A stretch of 38,397 nt of DNA from positions 1-38,397 of the IMG/VR virus record IMGVR_UViG_3300010357_000254. One strand, 5' to 3'. Made by a program: the position numbers and the translations under genes. Shown in pieces: positions 15,009 to 23,194 of the stretch. The notes beneath the pieces are model-generated. The model worked only from the letters and a program-made list of their open reading frames with translations. It ran no database searches and was not told the origin of the DNA. Each line of letters begins with the position of its first letter. Positions within the stretch are counted from its first letter, which is position 1. This stretch comes from a virus.

Positions 15009-16601
15009 TCAGCCCTTTGCAACATCAAGCTCAAGCGCCGCGACCTGCACAGCAGATTCTCCGACGTGCATCAATTCAAAGCTTCGCCGGCGAAACGAAC
15101 CGCACCGCCGCAAGCGCGCATTCTCAGCGCCGAGATCGACAGGCCTGCATTTTGAGTTGGTCGCGTAGTCGTCATCGGACCACCGCACCATAGCCTCACC
15201 GCCTTGCTTGAGTCCGACGACGCGCAGCGATGCTAGCGATTTCGGATGCTCGTTGCCGTTGTCAAACTTGCCGGTACGCGCCCGGAAGAAGATCGGTGCG
15301 CCGTTGTCAAGCGTCTCGTCTGCCGAGATTTCGCACAGTTCGCCGGTTGTCTCGTGCAACACCAGATCACGGCCGGACGCGGCCACGTAGCGCGAATATT
15401 TGAAATAGCTCTCGTCATACCCTACCGCCACAATCGTCCCTGTGGCAGGGCTTGTGGTGGCCGATGGCACGTCAAACGCGAGCGTATTGGCATCCACGTA
15501 CCGCACTTGCTGCAAGCCGTTGTAGGCGCTCTGATCGGCCCCGGATATCACGACCGGATCGCCGTCTGACCGGCCGTGCGCCGTCCATGTGATCGATGCG
15601 ACACCGCCAGTCTGCGCAATCGTGCAGGATGCTGGCGCGCGCGCCGTCAGGCTTGTCCATCTCGCCCAGGTGCCGCTGGTGGCGTCAAACGCCAGTGTCA
15701 CGCCGGTATCACGCAGCCCCAGGACGTAGAAGCTATGCCCGGCGATCTTGACGCCATACGAATAGACATCATCGAGCGCGTCGGCAGCGAGGATGCGATC
15801 AACGTCCGGCGTGCTGATCTTGGTCTGTTCCAGCCCTGCCATGCGATGCACTGCCGGCCCTTGCTGGCGCGCTCGACTCACCCAATAGATCGTTTCGTCC
15901 AGCGCCGCGACAGATTCGCCGGACGCGCATCCGACCAGCGTAAAGGCGCTGAGCACTGGCTCAAGCGGGCTGCCAGGAGAGTTTCCGTTGTTGTAGAAGA
16001 ACTCGGTGGACCACTCCTTGAGTGCGATCACGTAGCTCTGCGACTTCGCCAGTGCAACGCCCGCGCCAGGCTCTTTCTCTGCCGTGATGATGTCGAGCGC
16101 ATCCCATGATGTCGGATCGTTCAGCGCCGAGTTGTAAATCACGGCATTGGTATCCATGACGAAGAAATACGAGTCGAGATAGACGATGCCAGGTACAGTC
16201 GTGCGCCCGCAGGTAATCGTGATTGTGCCGGTTGCCGGTGTCGCCGGAGTGCCGGTAACGGTATAGGTAAAGTGCGTTGAGTCAGTAACGGCAATCACAA
16301 AATCGCCGTTGTATTCCGTCTGCGCAGCGCCGGCAACCGTTGCTGTTGCGCCAGATTCCCAATTGACCGCAGACGGCAGCGTTGCCGTAGCCGTCGAGCC
16401 TGACCGAGTGATGCTCGTCGGCGTCACTACGCTCCAGCCCGGATAATCAGCGTCGGTTATTTTCGTCAGCACGTTATTCTCGAAGTTGAAAGCATCATAC
16501 GCTGATTTGAAGAATATTCCAGTCAGAGATTCGGCGGCATTATATTGCATCATGTCAAACGGCTGTCCAGCGACTGTGACGGATAATGCGTAGGTCGTCA
16601 T
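15009..16601 (-). CDS. Tail hub / gp10-like structural protein with two inserted YNG domains
   Basis: ATGA overlap at 16598-16601. 530 aa, beta-rich. Two ~65-aa inserts at 16212-16409 and 15423-15626 (..G[AC]xQxxYNG...PATGTI..). Confidence 0.55.
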   Translation of the reverse strand: MTTYALSVTVAGQPFDMMQYNAAESLTGIFFKSAYDAFNFENNVLTKITDADYPGWSVVTPTSITRSGSTATATLPSAVNWESGATATVAGAAQTEYNGDFVIAVTDSTHFTYTVTGTPATPATGTITITCGRTTVPGIVYLDSYFFVMDTNAVIYNSALNDPTSWDALDIITAEKEPGAGVALAKSQSYVIALKEWSTEFFYNNGNSPGSPLEPVLSAFTLVGCASGESVAALDETIYWVSRARQQGPAVHRMAGLEQTKISTPDVDRILAADALDDVYSYGVKIAGHSFYVLGLRDTGVTLAFDATSGTWARWTSLTARAPASCTIAQTGGVASITWTAHGRSDGDPVVISGADQSAYNGLQQVRYVDANTLAFDVPSATTSPATGTIVAVGYDESYFKYSRYVAASGRDLVLHETTGELCEISADETLDNGAPIFFRARTGKFDNGNEHPKSLASLRVVGLKQGGEAMVRWSDDDYATNSKCRPVDLGAENARLRRCGSFRRRSFELMHVGESAVQVAALELDVAKG

Positions 16602-17605
16602 AGCTCGACCCAATAATCCATTGACTTGCTTCCGGTCGCCGGAGAAGCGGCTGGAACACCGCTCAGCGTGAAATACAGATAGCCATCAAGCGGATTAGAT
16701 ATATCCCGCGAAGCGTAAAACGTCCCGTTGTACTCCGGTTGATCGCACCCGGAAATGGTAATAAGCGCTGTGACGGACTCTGGAGATAATGGCAAATCGG
16801 ATGTATCTATTCTGCCTACTGCTCCGGTTGATAGCACGGAAAATGACGTCTTTGTTTTCTTCTTGCAGACGATTCCGATAACGTCATCTGGCACCGAAAA
16901 CATTCCCGTCCATACTCCTGATCCTGCTGGCCAGTCGGCTGGGTATGTGATGGCGTCGTCGTGCGTCTGTGTGTCCTGTTTGATGCGGCCATAGCCGAAT
17001 TCCTCGACATAGGTATAGCTTGTGCCGAATATCTTGGAATTGACGCCCCACACAGGGTGCGAGTAATAAAGCGTTTTCAGGCCAGGAGAAATGGCAGCAA
17101 TCGTGACTTCTGCAAACCACTTCGCGGCGGCAGCCTTTGACCCAGCCTGCGCGCCAATCACGTTTGCCGGATCGGTTGCCGATGGCGTATCGGACAGTCC
17201 AATCGTTGCCGTACCTCGCCACCGATCAGACGTTGGAGGCGTCACGCTCCAGTAATCATCTCCCGGCCCCGGCGAGGTTGGAGGATCATCGACCATTGCG
17301 TAGTAGCCGCTGACCAGATCGCCGATTAGCGAGGTGGTTGAAGGAACCGCATCGAACGCGCTGAACGTATCATCGTATATCAGATACGGAAGACTGCCGC
17401 CAGCACCCTGAATCGGCGTCGTATAGTCGTATCCGGTCGTCGCGCACCCAGGACGTTTGCGCACGCACGTTTCTTTCTTTGCCGGATATGCGCTGTTTTT
17501 TGCCACCGGCCCAGCCTTGACCTCGACAAACGCATTCGTCAGGCGAGCGTCTTTGTCTGGCGCCCCGATGCGCGCGCGCAGGTCGGCGGCCAGGTCAAGG
17601 CGCAT
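16598..17605 (-). CDS. Tail structural protein with C-terminal YNG domain
   Basis: 335 aa. N-terminus MRLDLAADLRARIG..ARLTNAFVEV is paralogous to that of 17595..17951. C-terminus has ISGCDQPEYNGTF...SPATGS. Confidence 0.55.
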   Translation of the reverse strand: MRLDLAADLRARIGAPDKDARLTNAFVEVKAGPVAKNSAYPAKKETCVRKRPGCATTGYDYTTPIQGAGGSLPYLIYDDTFSAFDAVPSTTSLIGDLVSGYYAMVDDPPTSPGPGDDYWSVTPPTSDRWRGTATIGLSDTPSATDPANVIGAQAGSKAAAAKWFAEVTIAAISPGLKTLYYSHPVWGVNSKIFGTSYTYVEEFGYGRIKQDTQTHDDAITYPADWPAGSGVWTGMFSVPDDVIGIVCKKKTKTSFSVLSTGAVGRIDTSDLPLSPESVTALITISGCDQPEYNGTFYASRDISNPLDGYLYFTLSGVPAASPATGSKSMDYWVEL

Positions 17606-17951
17606 AGACCCAGGCTTCCTTGCGACTCTTGAGCATCAGCACGTCGGCGCCGTTCTGCGCTGTCATCGGCAGATCGGCAAACGCGGCAGCGAGCGCATCC
17701 GTGCCGTCAATCGAAAACGGCGATACGGTGATCGTTGATAGCTCGTCGCCGGCAACGGACAGCGCCTTTCCGGCGATGCTGGCGAGCAGTTGCCCTGCGC
17801 CAGCCGTGACTGCTCCAAGCTCTGCGCAGCCTGACCGCTTGATAGCCGCCGAGTCATCGCCGACAATCTCGGCGAAGGCGTTGGTCAGAAGCGCATCAGC
17901 ATCAAGCGTGCCGTCGCGTGATTCAAGGTCGGCGGCTATCTGGAAGCGCAT
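17595..17951 (-). CDS. Small tail structural protein
   Basis: 118 aa. N-terminus MRFQIAADLESRDG..ALLTNAFAEI. TGATG overlap with the adaptor gene. Confidence 0.5.
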   Translation of the reverse strand: MRFQIAADLESRDGTLDADALLTNAFAEIVGDDSAAIKRSGCAELGAVTAGAGQLLASIAGKALSVAGDELSTITVSPFSIDGTDALAAAFADLPMTAQNGADVLMLKSRKEAWVYAP

Positions 17952-18652
17952 CAGGCATCAGCCAGGAAATCAGCCAGCGAGCATCCTCCGCTCGTCAGCG
18001 TTGCGTCAAATGACAAATATTGCGGCTGCGTGTTTCGAGATTTGATCAGGCCAAACGAATCGGCGGCCGTGCTGATCACAATCGGAGATGGCGTCTTGCC
18101 GAACTCGGGGGCCAACTCGACCGCCAGCGCAAAGCGTAGCGCGCGCTCGTAGCCAGGAGGCAATGACAGCGCCGTGGAAACGCTCGACATCGCCGTAAAT
18201 GCCTCGTCGTGAATCAGGGTAATGGTCAGCGCAGTATCCGGAACCGGCACGACATACACGCGCCCGTCAGGGTACGCCGGATCGTAATAGACGCTTTCCG
18301 GAACGGACGATTCGAGCGTCTTGTTTGGCTCTGCGGCATATTCCGAATCATTCAGCACGCGCAGCCCGTAGTCATAGCCGTCGATCGTCACATAGGCTTC
18401 CGCGATGGCGGCCGGACGCGCGCCGTCCCACTCTTTGCCAGCGCCGACCACGTAGCTGGCCTGAGACGCGACGGTGACATACGGCGAAAACTCGCGCCGA
18501 TAGACCGCCAGGCCCTGGATGCTCCACGACTCCAGCAGTTGATTGAGCACGGCGAGCGCGTCGGCCTGCTCGTCCGTCGTCGGCGTCTCGCCGGATTCCA
18601 CGGCCTCGATGAGGCGCATGGACCCGGTGATCAACTGCAGGGCGGTTGTCAT
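17951..18652 (-). CDS. Head-to-tail adaptor (P22 gp4-like)
   Basis: N-terminus LITGSMRLIEAV..GETPTTDEQADALAVLNQLLESWSIQG matches the gp4/adaptor pattern, and the position downstream of the coat genes fits. Confidence 0.5.
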   Translation of the reverse strand: MTTALQLITGSMRLIEAVESGETPTTDEQADALAVLNQLLESWSIQGLAVYRREFSPYVTVASQASYVVGAGKEWDGARPAAIAEAYVTIDGYDYGLRVLNDSEYAAEPNKTLESSVPESVYYDPAYPDGRVYVVPVPDTALTITLIHDEAFTAMSSVSTALSLPPGYERALRFALAVELAPEFGKTPSPIVISTAADSFGLIKSRNTQPQYLSFDATLTSGGCSLADFLADA

Positions 18653-19026
18653 TAGCTGAGCAGCGCCACGGCGCGTGCAGGCGTCAGCAGGCCATCATTC
18701 ACAAGCTGCTCAATGACCGGCGTCGCTTCGGACATGGAAAAGCCGACATCGGACGAGACGGGGATCAAGGCAACGGACAGGCCAGCGGTCGATTCCGCAT
18801 TGGCGAGCGCGGCGGCAAAGATGCCCGCCTTTTCTTCCGGGGTGAGTTGCGCGGTAATCTCGCGGGAGACCTTGTAGATCTCTGGCGGATAGTTGCGGTC
18901 GGAACCGGTGCGCGCCTCCCACTGCGGAGAGGTCGAGAACCAGCGCACGTTGCATGACGGATCGCCGCCGTCGGCGACAACAACGGCGATGGCTTCGGCT
19001 TCGGTGTAGTAGCGTGTAATGGCCAT
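18652..19026 (-). CDS. Hypothetical virion protein
   Basis: ATG 19026. TAATG overlap at its 3' end. 124 aa. Confidence 0.5.
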   Translation of the reverse strand: MAITRYYTEAEAIAVVVADGGDPSCNVRWFSTSPQWEARTGSDRNYPPEIYKVSREITAQLTPEEKAGIFAAALANAESTAGLSVALIPVSSDVGFSMSEATPVIEQLVNDGLLTPARAVALLS

Positions 19027-19035
19027 GATGATTCC

Positions 19036-19443
19036 TCAGACGGTAAGCGGGTCGAGCGCAGCGGCAGCCAGGAATATGGCATTCCACGCGGCGGGTGTTG
19101 GAACGGGAGTCAAGTTGGTACGCAGACGAGATGAGAACGGGTTGTCACGGTCGATTGGCGGACCAAGGCGCCAGAATCGTTGCCTCTTTGGCGTCAGCAA
19201 TGCCACGGCGGCATCCAGCTGAGCCTCTGAGATTCCCGCAGCGGCGCAGGCCTGGACAAACTGCCATTTGCTGACAGTCGGGCGCGGGTCGAAGGTCACG
19301 ACATCGGCGCCGGTATAGACGCGGATGACTTTCTCTGCCGGGATCACATGCACATGGGCTGCGTCTCCGGCCAGTTCCGCGGCGGCACGAGCGGCCTCAG
19401 CATCAGCCTCACGAGTTGGTCCTGTAAAAGTTAGTTTGGCCAT
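19036..19443 (-). CDS. Hypothetical virion protein
   Basis: ATG 19443. 135 aa. Confidence 0.5.
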   Translation of the reverse strand: MAKLTFTGPTREADAEAARAAAELAGDAAHVHVIPAEKVIRVYTGADVVTFDPRPTVSKWQFVQACAAAGISEAQLDAAVALLTPKRQRFWRLGPPIDRDNPFSSRLRTNLTPVPTPAAWNAIFLAAAALDPLTV

Positions 19444-19446
19444 GGT

Positions 19447-20361
19447 CTAGGCTCCGTAGGTAACTGTGGCGTCGGCGTGCAACAAAATAAATGACCCGGT
19501 ATTTGTGTTATTCTGAAGGCTAATAGAGAAAGATTTATCACTTCCGGTATCAACAGAGGAGTACTCAGGAGCGCCTGAAACTGTTCCTCCAACCGATCCC
19601 ACTCCTGTAACATACGATGTCCTACTATTGCATTGCAATGCTTCTGATCCCTGATTACGAATAGATACCAGATACTCTGCGTTCGGGTTGGTTGTTATCG
19701 GGCCGATTTGGCCTACCTGTGTAGCATCCAAATACAAACGCAAATATTTGTTGGTTGCACCATTGCTTCCAAGCGTTCGGAGGTACGCCTTAATAGCGCC
19801 ATTTGGACCCAATGCTCCACCTGGAATCAAAAACCCTGAAGGCCCAGTGATTTCTGACGTGGTTTGATTCAGGCGCCCGGAGAGATTGACGGGGAAATTA
19901 GTCGGAGATGCCGGCCTAACGGGAACTCTGCTCGAATACGTATTGACGTACAAGGTTCCAGCCGTATCGCCGGAAAACACTGCCCAATACCAACCTGCCG
20001 GATAAGCGCTTCCGCCAAAACTGGCAGGCATGTAACACCATGCGCCTTTGAGTAAATTCCACGCGTTTGCGAGAATCGCCGCAGACAGCGTGAAAGCCCC
20101 TGCGCTGCCGGTGAATTGCAATCCAGTTGTTGAACCATCCCCTGGAAGAATGCAGAAAGGAACGCCAATCGCCGCGATCTGCTGCGGGTAGGGGTATGTC
20201 GGCGCCTCAAAAATAGTTGGCGCATCGGTCACAGAGCAGAATCCAGCCTGCCACAGCGACTTGATTTCATCGTCCGACGACGTGTAGCTCTGACCGACAA
20301 GCAGCGGCCTGCCGTAGGTGTCGCAGCGCCCCTCTTTGGTAATCGTGCATGTAGTAGTCAT
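19447..20361 (-). CDS. Structural protein with compositionally foreign C-terminal half
   Basis: 304 aa. DNA from about 19447 to 19870 is visibly AT-richer than the 5' half of the same gene. Confidence 0.55.
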   Translation of the reverse strand: MTTTCTITKEGRCDTYGRPLLVGQSYTSSDDEIKSLWQAGFCSVTDAPTIFEAPTYPYPQQIAAIGVPFCILPGDGSTTGLQFTGSAGAFTLSAAILANAWNLLKGAWCYMPASFGGSAYPAGWYWAVFSGDTAGTLYVNTYSSRVPVRPASPTNFPVNLSGRLNQTTSEITGPSGFLIPGGALGPNGAIKAYLRTLGSNGATNKYLRLYLDATQVGQIGPITTNPNAEYLVSIRNQGSEALQCNSRTSYVTGVGSVGGTVSGAPEYSSVDTGSDKSFSISLQNNTNTGSFILLHADATVTYGA

Positions 20362-20372
20362 GCGTGATCCTC

Positions 20373-20397
20373 GAAAAACGGGGACCGAAGTCCCCGC
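20373..20397 (-). terminator. Rho-independent terminator after the coat gene pair
   Basis: Minus strand reads CGGGGAC-TTCG-GTCCCCG followed by TTTTT, in the 42-nt gap after the stop at 20404. Confidence 0.7.
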
Positions 20398-20403
20398 TGT
20401 GGG

Positions 20404-21108
20404 TTACTGGTACAGCGCAGCGATAGGCCCGACGTCGGCGGTGAATGTCGTCGGCGGGGTGAAGCTCGCCGGGACAGTGCCAAAGGTGCCGGTTGCCGAT
20501 TGCGTCATCTGGTTTCCGCCGTTCGCGGCAGCCCACTTGCGCGTGGTCGCCGTGGTGCCGTTGCATTGCACTGCGATGAAATACCGGCCAGGGTTCAAAA
20601 TCGGCTGCGTCAGGAACGCCAGCGACTGGAACGCATTGGCACCAGCCGACAGCGCGCCAGCAACGGCGCTATTGGTGATCAAGACGCCATTGGTGTCGTA
20701 CAGCGCCACCAGGATATTATCCGTTCCGACGGTGGCGCCGTTGAGCACATTGATGCCGGTCCATTGCGCCAGATGCGGCACGTAGATTTCCGACCGATAC
20801 CACGTTCCGGCCACATGCACGGCAGATGTGCCCAACGAGGCGAAGGCCAGAATCGGGCCGTTCGGCAGGATGCGCGGCCCTTGCGGGGACGAAGGCGCGC
20901 CGAAGCCGGAACTGTCCTGCGAGTACTTGTTTCCGCCGATGGTCGGGTTCAGCACTGCGTCGCCGGTCGCCTGATAGGCCTGCGTCGGCTGGCCAGAAGC
21001 GGCGTAACCGATGCCCTGCGCAATCAGCGCGGTTTGCGTGTCGTCCGGGACGATGATGGTTGAGCCAGCGGCATAGCCCTGATACGACTTGTAGAGAGTA
21101 ACAGCCAT
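20404..21108 (-). CDS. Virion protein immediately after coat (decoration/cement candidate)
   Basis: ATG 21108 preceded by aagggga, 10 nt after the coat stop. 234 aa, beta-rich. Confidence 0.45.
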   Translation of the reverse strand: MAVTLYKSYQGYAAGSTIIVPDDTQTALIAQGIGYAASGQPTQAYQATGDAVLNPTIGGNKYSQDSSGFGAPSSPQGPRILPNGPILAFASLGTSAVHVAGTWYRSEIYVPHLAQWTGINVLNGATVGTDNILVALYDTNGVLITNSAVAGALSAGANAFQSLAFLTQPILNPGRYFIAVQCNGTTATTRKWAAANGGNQMTQSATGTFGTVPASFTPPTTFTADVGPIAALYQ

Positions 21109-21118
21109 GTCGTTCCCC

Positions 21119-22333
21119 TTAGACGGTGTAGATTTTGGCGGAAAGCTCAGGATAGGTCGCCGCCCATCCGAACAGCACATCAAGACGCATCACGCTTTCG
21201 TCGTTCTTGCCGTCGTAGTACTCCAGCACGCGGATCGTGAAGCCGTTGTGCGTCTTCTGCGACACGCTGACCACGTTTTTGCTCGGCGGCGTCCAAAGCG
21301 GGACCATCGCCAGCGTGAAGGCGTCTTTGTGGAACGCGACGTTGGTGCCGTAAGCCGTGCTGGCGGCGCCAAGGATCAAGAACGGGCTGCCAGTGGTAGG
21401 AGCGGCGCTCACATTCTGGAAAGCGCCGATCAGGACGATGGCGGGAGAAATCGGAATCGACGTAGCGCCGGCGGCAAGGTCGGCAGTGACGACGAATTGC
21501 GCCAGGCTGCCGGTAGTCTTGCGAGTCTGCGGATTGACCGCATAGCAGCCGGGGAAGGTAACAACGGTGCCGCGCGTGATCGTGCCGCCCAAGCCAACAA
21601 CCGTGATAGCTGCGCCACTTTGCCCTGCGCCGCTGACGTTGGTGCCGCCGACGTTCTGCGTGCCGTTCGTATGCACATCGACATTCTGATCCATCGCGAT
21701 ATTCAGGCCAAGCGAATCGACCATCATTCCGCTCTCGTACTGCTGGCCAAGCTTTCCGCTTGGATTGAGCAACCCGGCCAGGCCTTGAAGCGCGGCTCCG
21801 TTAAGCTTCGGATTCATGATCAGCGAGCGATTGCGGTCCTTGCGGGGCGCGCCGCGCTCGTCAAGCAGCACGTTCGCATCGGTGATGACCTGCAGCGCGG
21901 TGGCTTGCGTGGTAGGCAACGCGCCGGCCGGATTGACGACTGCATGCGAGGCGTAATGCGCCAGCGACAGCCCTTGCTCGTCAATCTGGTTGGCCACGGT
22001 CGCCAGCGCTGCGGTGAGCTTGTCCTCAAGCCGGGACAGAGACAGCGTGCGCTCAAACGCAGTAAATGACAGATCGCAGCCCCCCTGACTGAGCGTCAGC
22101 GGGACCGTGCTTTCCACGGTATCTTGCGGAGCGGCAACGCGGCCTGCGCGGTACGTGTAGCGCGGCGGACGCTTGATGTTGATCGTAGCGCCGGGCTTGT
22201 AGCCGGCAGCAGAAGCTGATTGAAAGGTGTCTTCCCAGTCGCGGTTACAAGCCGAGCCGAAAGTAACCATGTTTTCGAGCACGGCGAGGCTTTCCTCAGC
22301 GACGATGCTCGATGTGACAAGCGTATTTGCCAT
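21119..22333 (-). CDS. Major capsid protein, P22-coat type
   Basis: 404 aa. N-terminus VAEESLAVLENMVTFGSACNRDWEDTF...GATINIKRPPRY matches the P22 coat family pattern. Follows the scaffold gene. Confidence 0.8.
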   Translation of the reverse strand: MANTLVTSSIVAEESLAVLENMVTFGSACNRDWEDTFQSASAAGYKPGATINIKRPPRYTYRAGRVAAPQDTVESTVPLTLSQGGCDLSFTAFERTLSLSRLEDKLTAALATVANQIDEQGLSLAHYASHAVVNPAGALPTTQATALQVITDANVLLDERGAPRKDRNRSLIMNPKLNGAALQGLAGLLNPSGKLGQQYESGMMVDSLGLNIAMDQNVDVHTNGTQNVGGTNVSGAGQSGAAITVVGLGGTITRGTVVTFPGCYAVNPQTRKTTGSLAQFVVTADLAAGATSIPISPAIVLIGAFQNVSAAPTTGSPFLILGAASTAYGTNVAFHKDAFTLAMVPLWTPPSKNVVSVSQKTHNGFTIRVLEYYDGKNDESVMRLDVLFGWAATYPELSAKIYTV

Positions 22334-22351
22334 TGTGTTATCCAGATGTGA

Positions 22352-23194
22352 TTATCGTTTGCGCGCCCACCAGGCGCCCTGTTTTGCACGTGCTGCCCGA
22401 TATGCTTCGGTGCTCATATCATCCGATATGCCAATGGGTGCGGACGACGATGCGCTGACCGGCTTGATCGGTGCGGGCGCCTTGCTGATCTTTGCTGCTG
22501 CAACGGGCAGCTCCGGGAGCGATGCTTCAATCCTGCCGATTGCTCTGGCGGCAGCGATTGGCGAGAGTCCGTTGATTTGCTCGGCTTTCTCGGGGTGTTG
22601 CGCGAGGTAATAGGCCACCTCGGGGCCACGATCGCTCTCGAGGATCGTATCGGTAACGTGCGGCGCTACCACGACTTCTGACAGTCCAACCACCTCATCA
22701 TAGTCAGGCAGAGCCTGACGCACGGCCGTCTGAGCCTTGGCCCATGAATCCGTGCGCTGCTTGTTCTGTGCCGCTTGCGCTGCGGCCTGCGTTTTCTGCT
22801 CGTTCGCGCTCAGGGCGGCGCGTACAGCTTCGCCGGCCCGCCATTCGGCGACCGCTTCGACGTAACTGTCATAGTCCTGGAACTGGTCAAGCGCCGGCTT
22901 TCCGGCGACTGGCGCAGCGGGCTCCGGCTGCTTGGCGGCGCGGAACTCTGCCAGTTGCCGCTCTGCCTCTGCTGCGCGCCGTTCGGCTTCGTGGCGCGCC
23001 CAGGTAATCTCCTGGATGCGTTCGCTGGCGCTTTTCTTCTTGCGCACAACCTCGCGTTCTGATTCTTGCTGCTGCTCTGCTTCCTGCTGCTCAACAGCCT
23101 GTTCTTGCGCCTCAACTTCAGGCGCTTCCGCCTCTACTGGCGCAGCGGTTTCTACTGCTGCTGGCGTGTCGTCAAAGATCAAATCTTCCATCAT
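22352..23194 (-). CDS. Scaffolding protein
   Basis: 280 aa, very E/A/Q-rich and helical. Lies between portal and coat. ATGA overlap with portal. Confidence 0.65.
   Translation of the reverse strand: MMEDLIFDDTPAAVETAAPVEAEAPEVEAQEQAVEQQEAEQQQESEREVVRKKKSASERIQEITWARHEAERRAAEAERQLAEFRAAKQPEPAAPVAGKPALDQFQDYDSYVEAVAEWRAGEAVRAALSANEQKTQAAAQAAQNKQRTDSWAKAQTAVRQALPDYDEVVGLSEVVVAPHVTDTILESDRGPEVAYYLAQHPEKAEQINGLSPIAAARAIGRIEASLPELPVAAAKISKAPAPIKPVSASSSAPIGISDDMSTEAYRAARAKQGAWWARKR

Noticed and set aside
14036-15193. Long ORFs antisense to annotated genes (e.g. 14036-15193 +, 21107-22069 +, 32817-33941 +, 36677-37945 -, 35170-35928 -, 758-1579 -).
   Set aside because: Products are R/P/C/H-rich with low third-position GC. 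Each lies opposite a gene with clear family signatures. These are typical shadow ORFs of GC-rich DNA.
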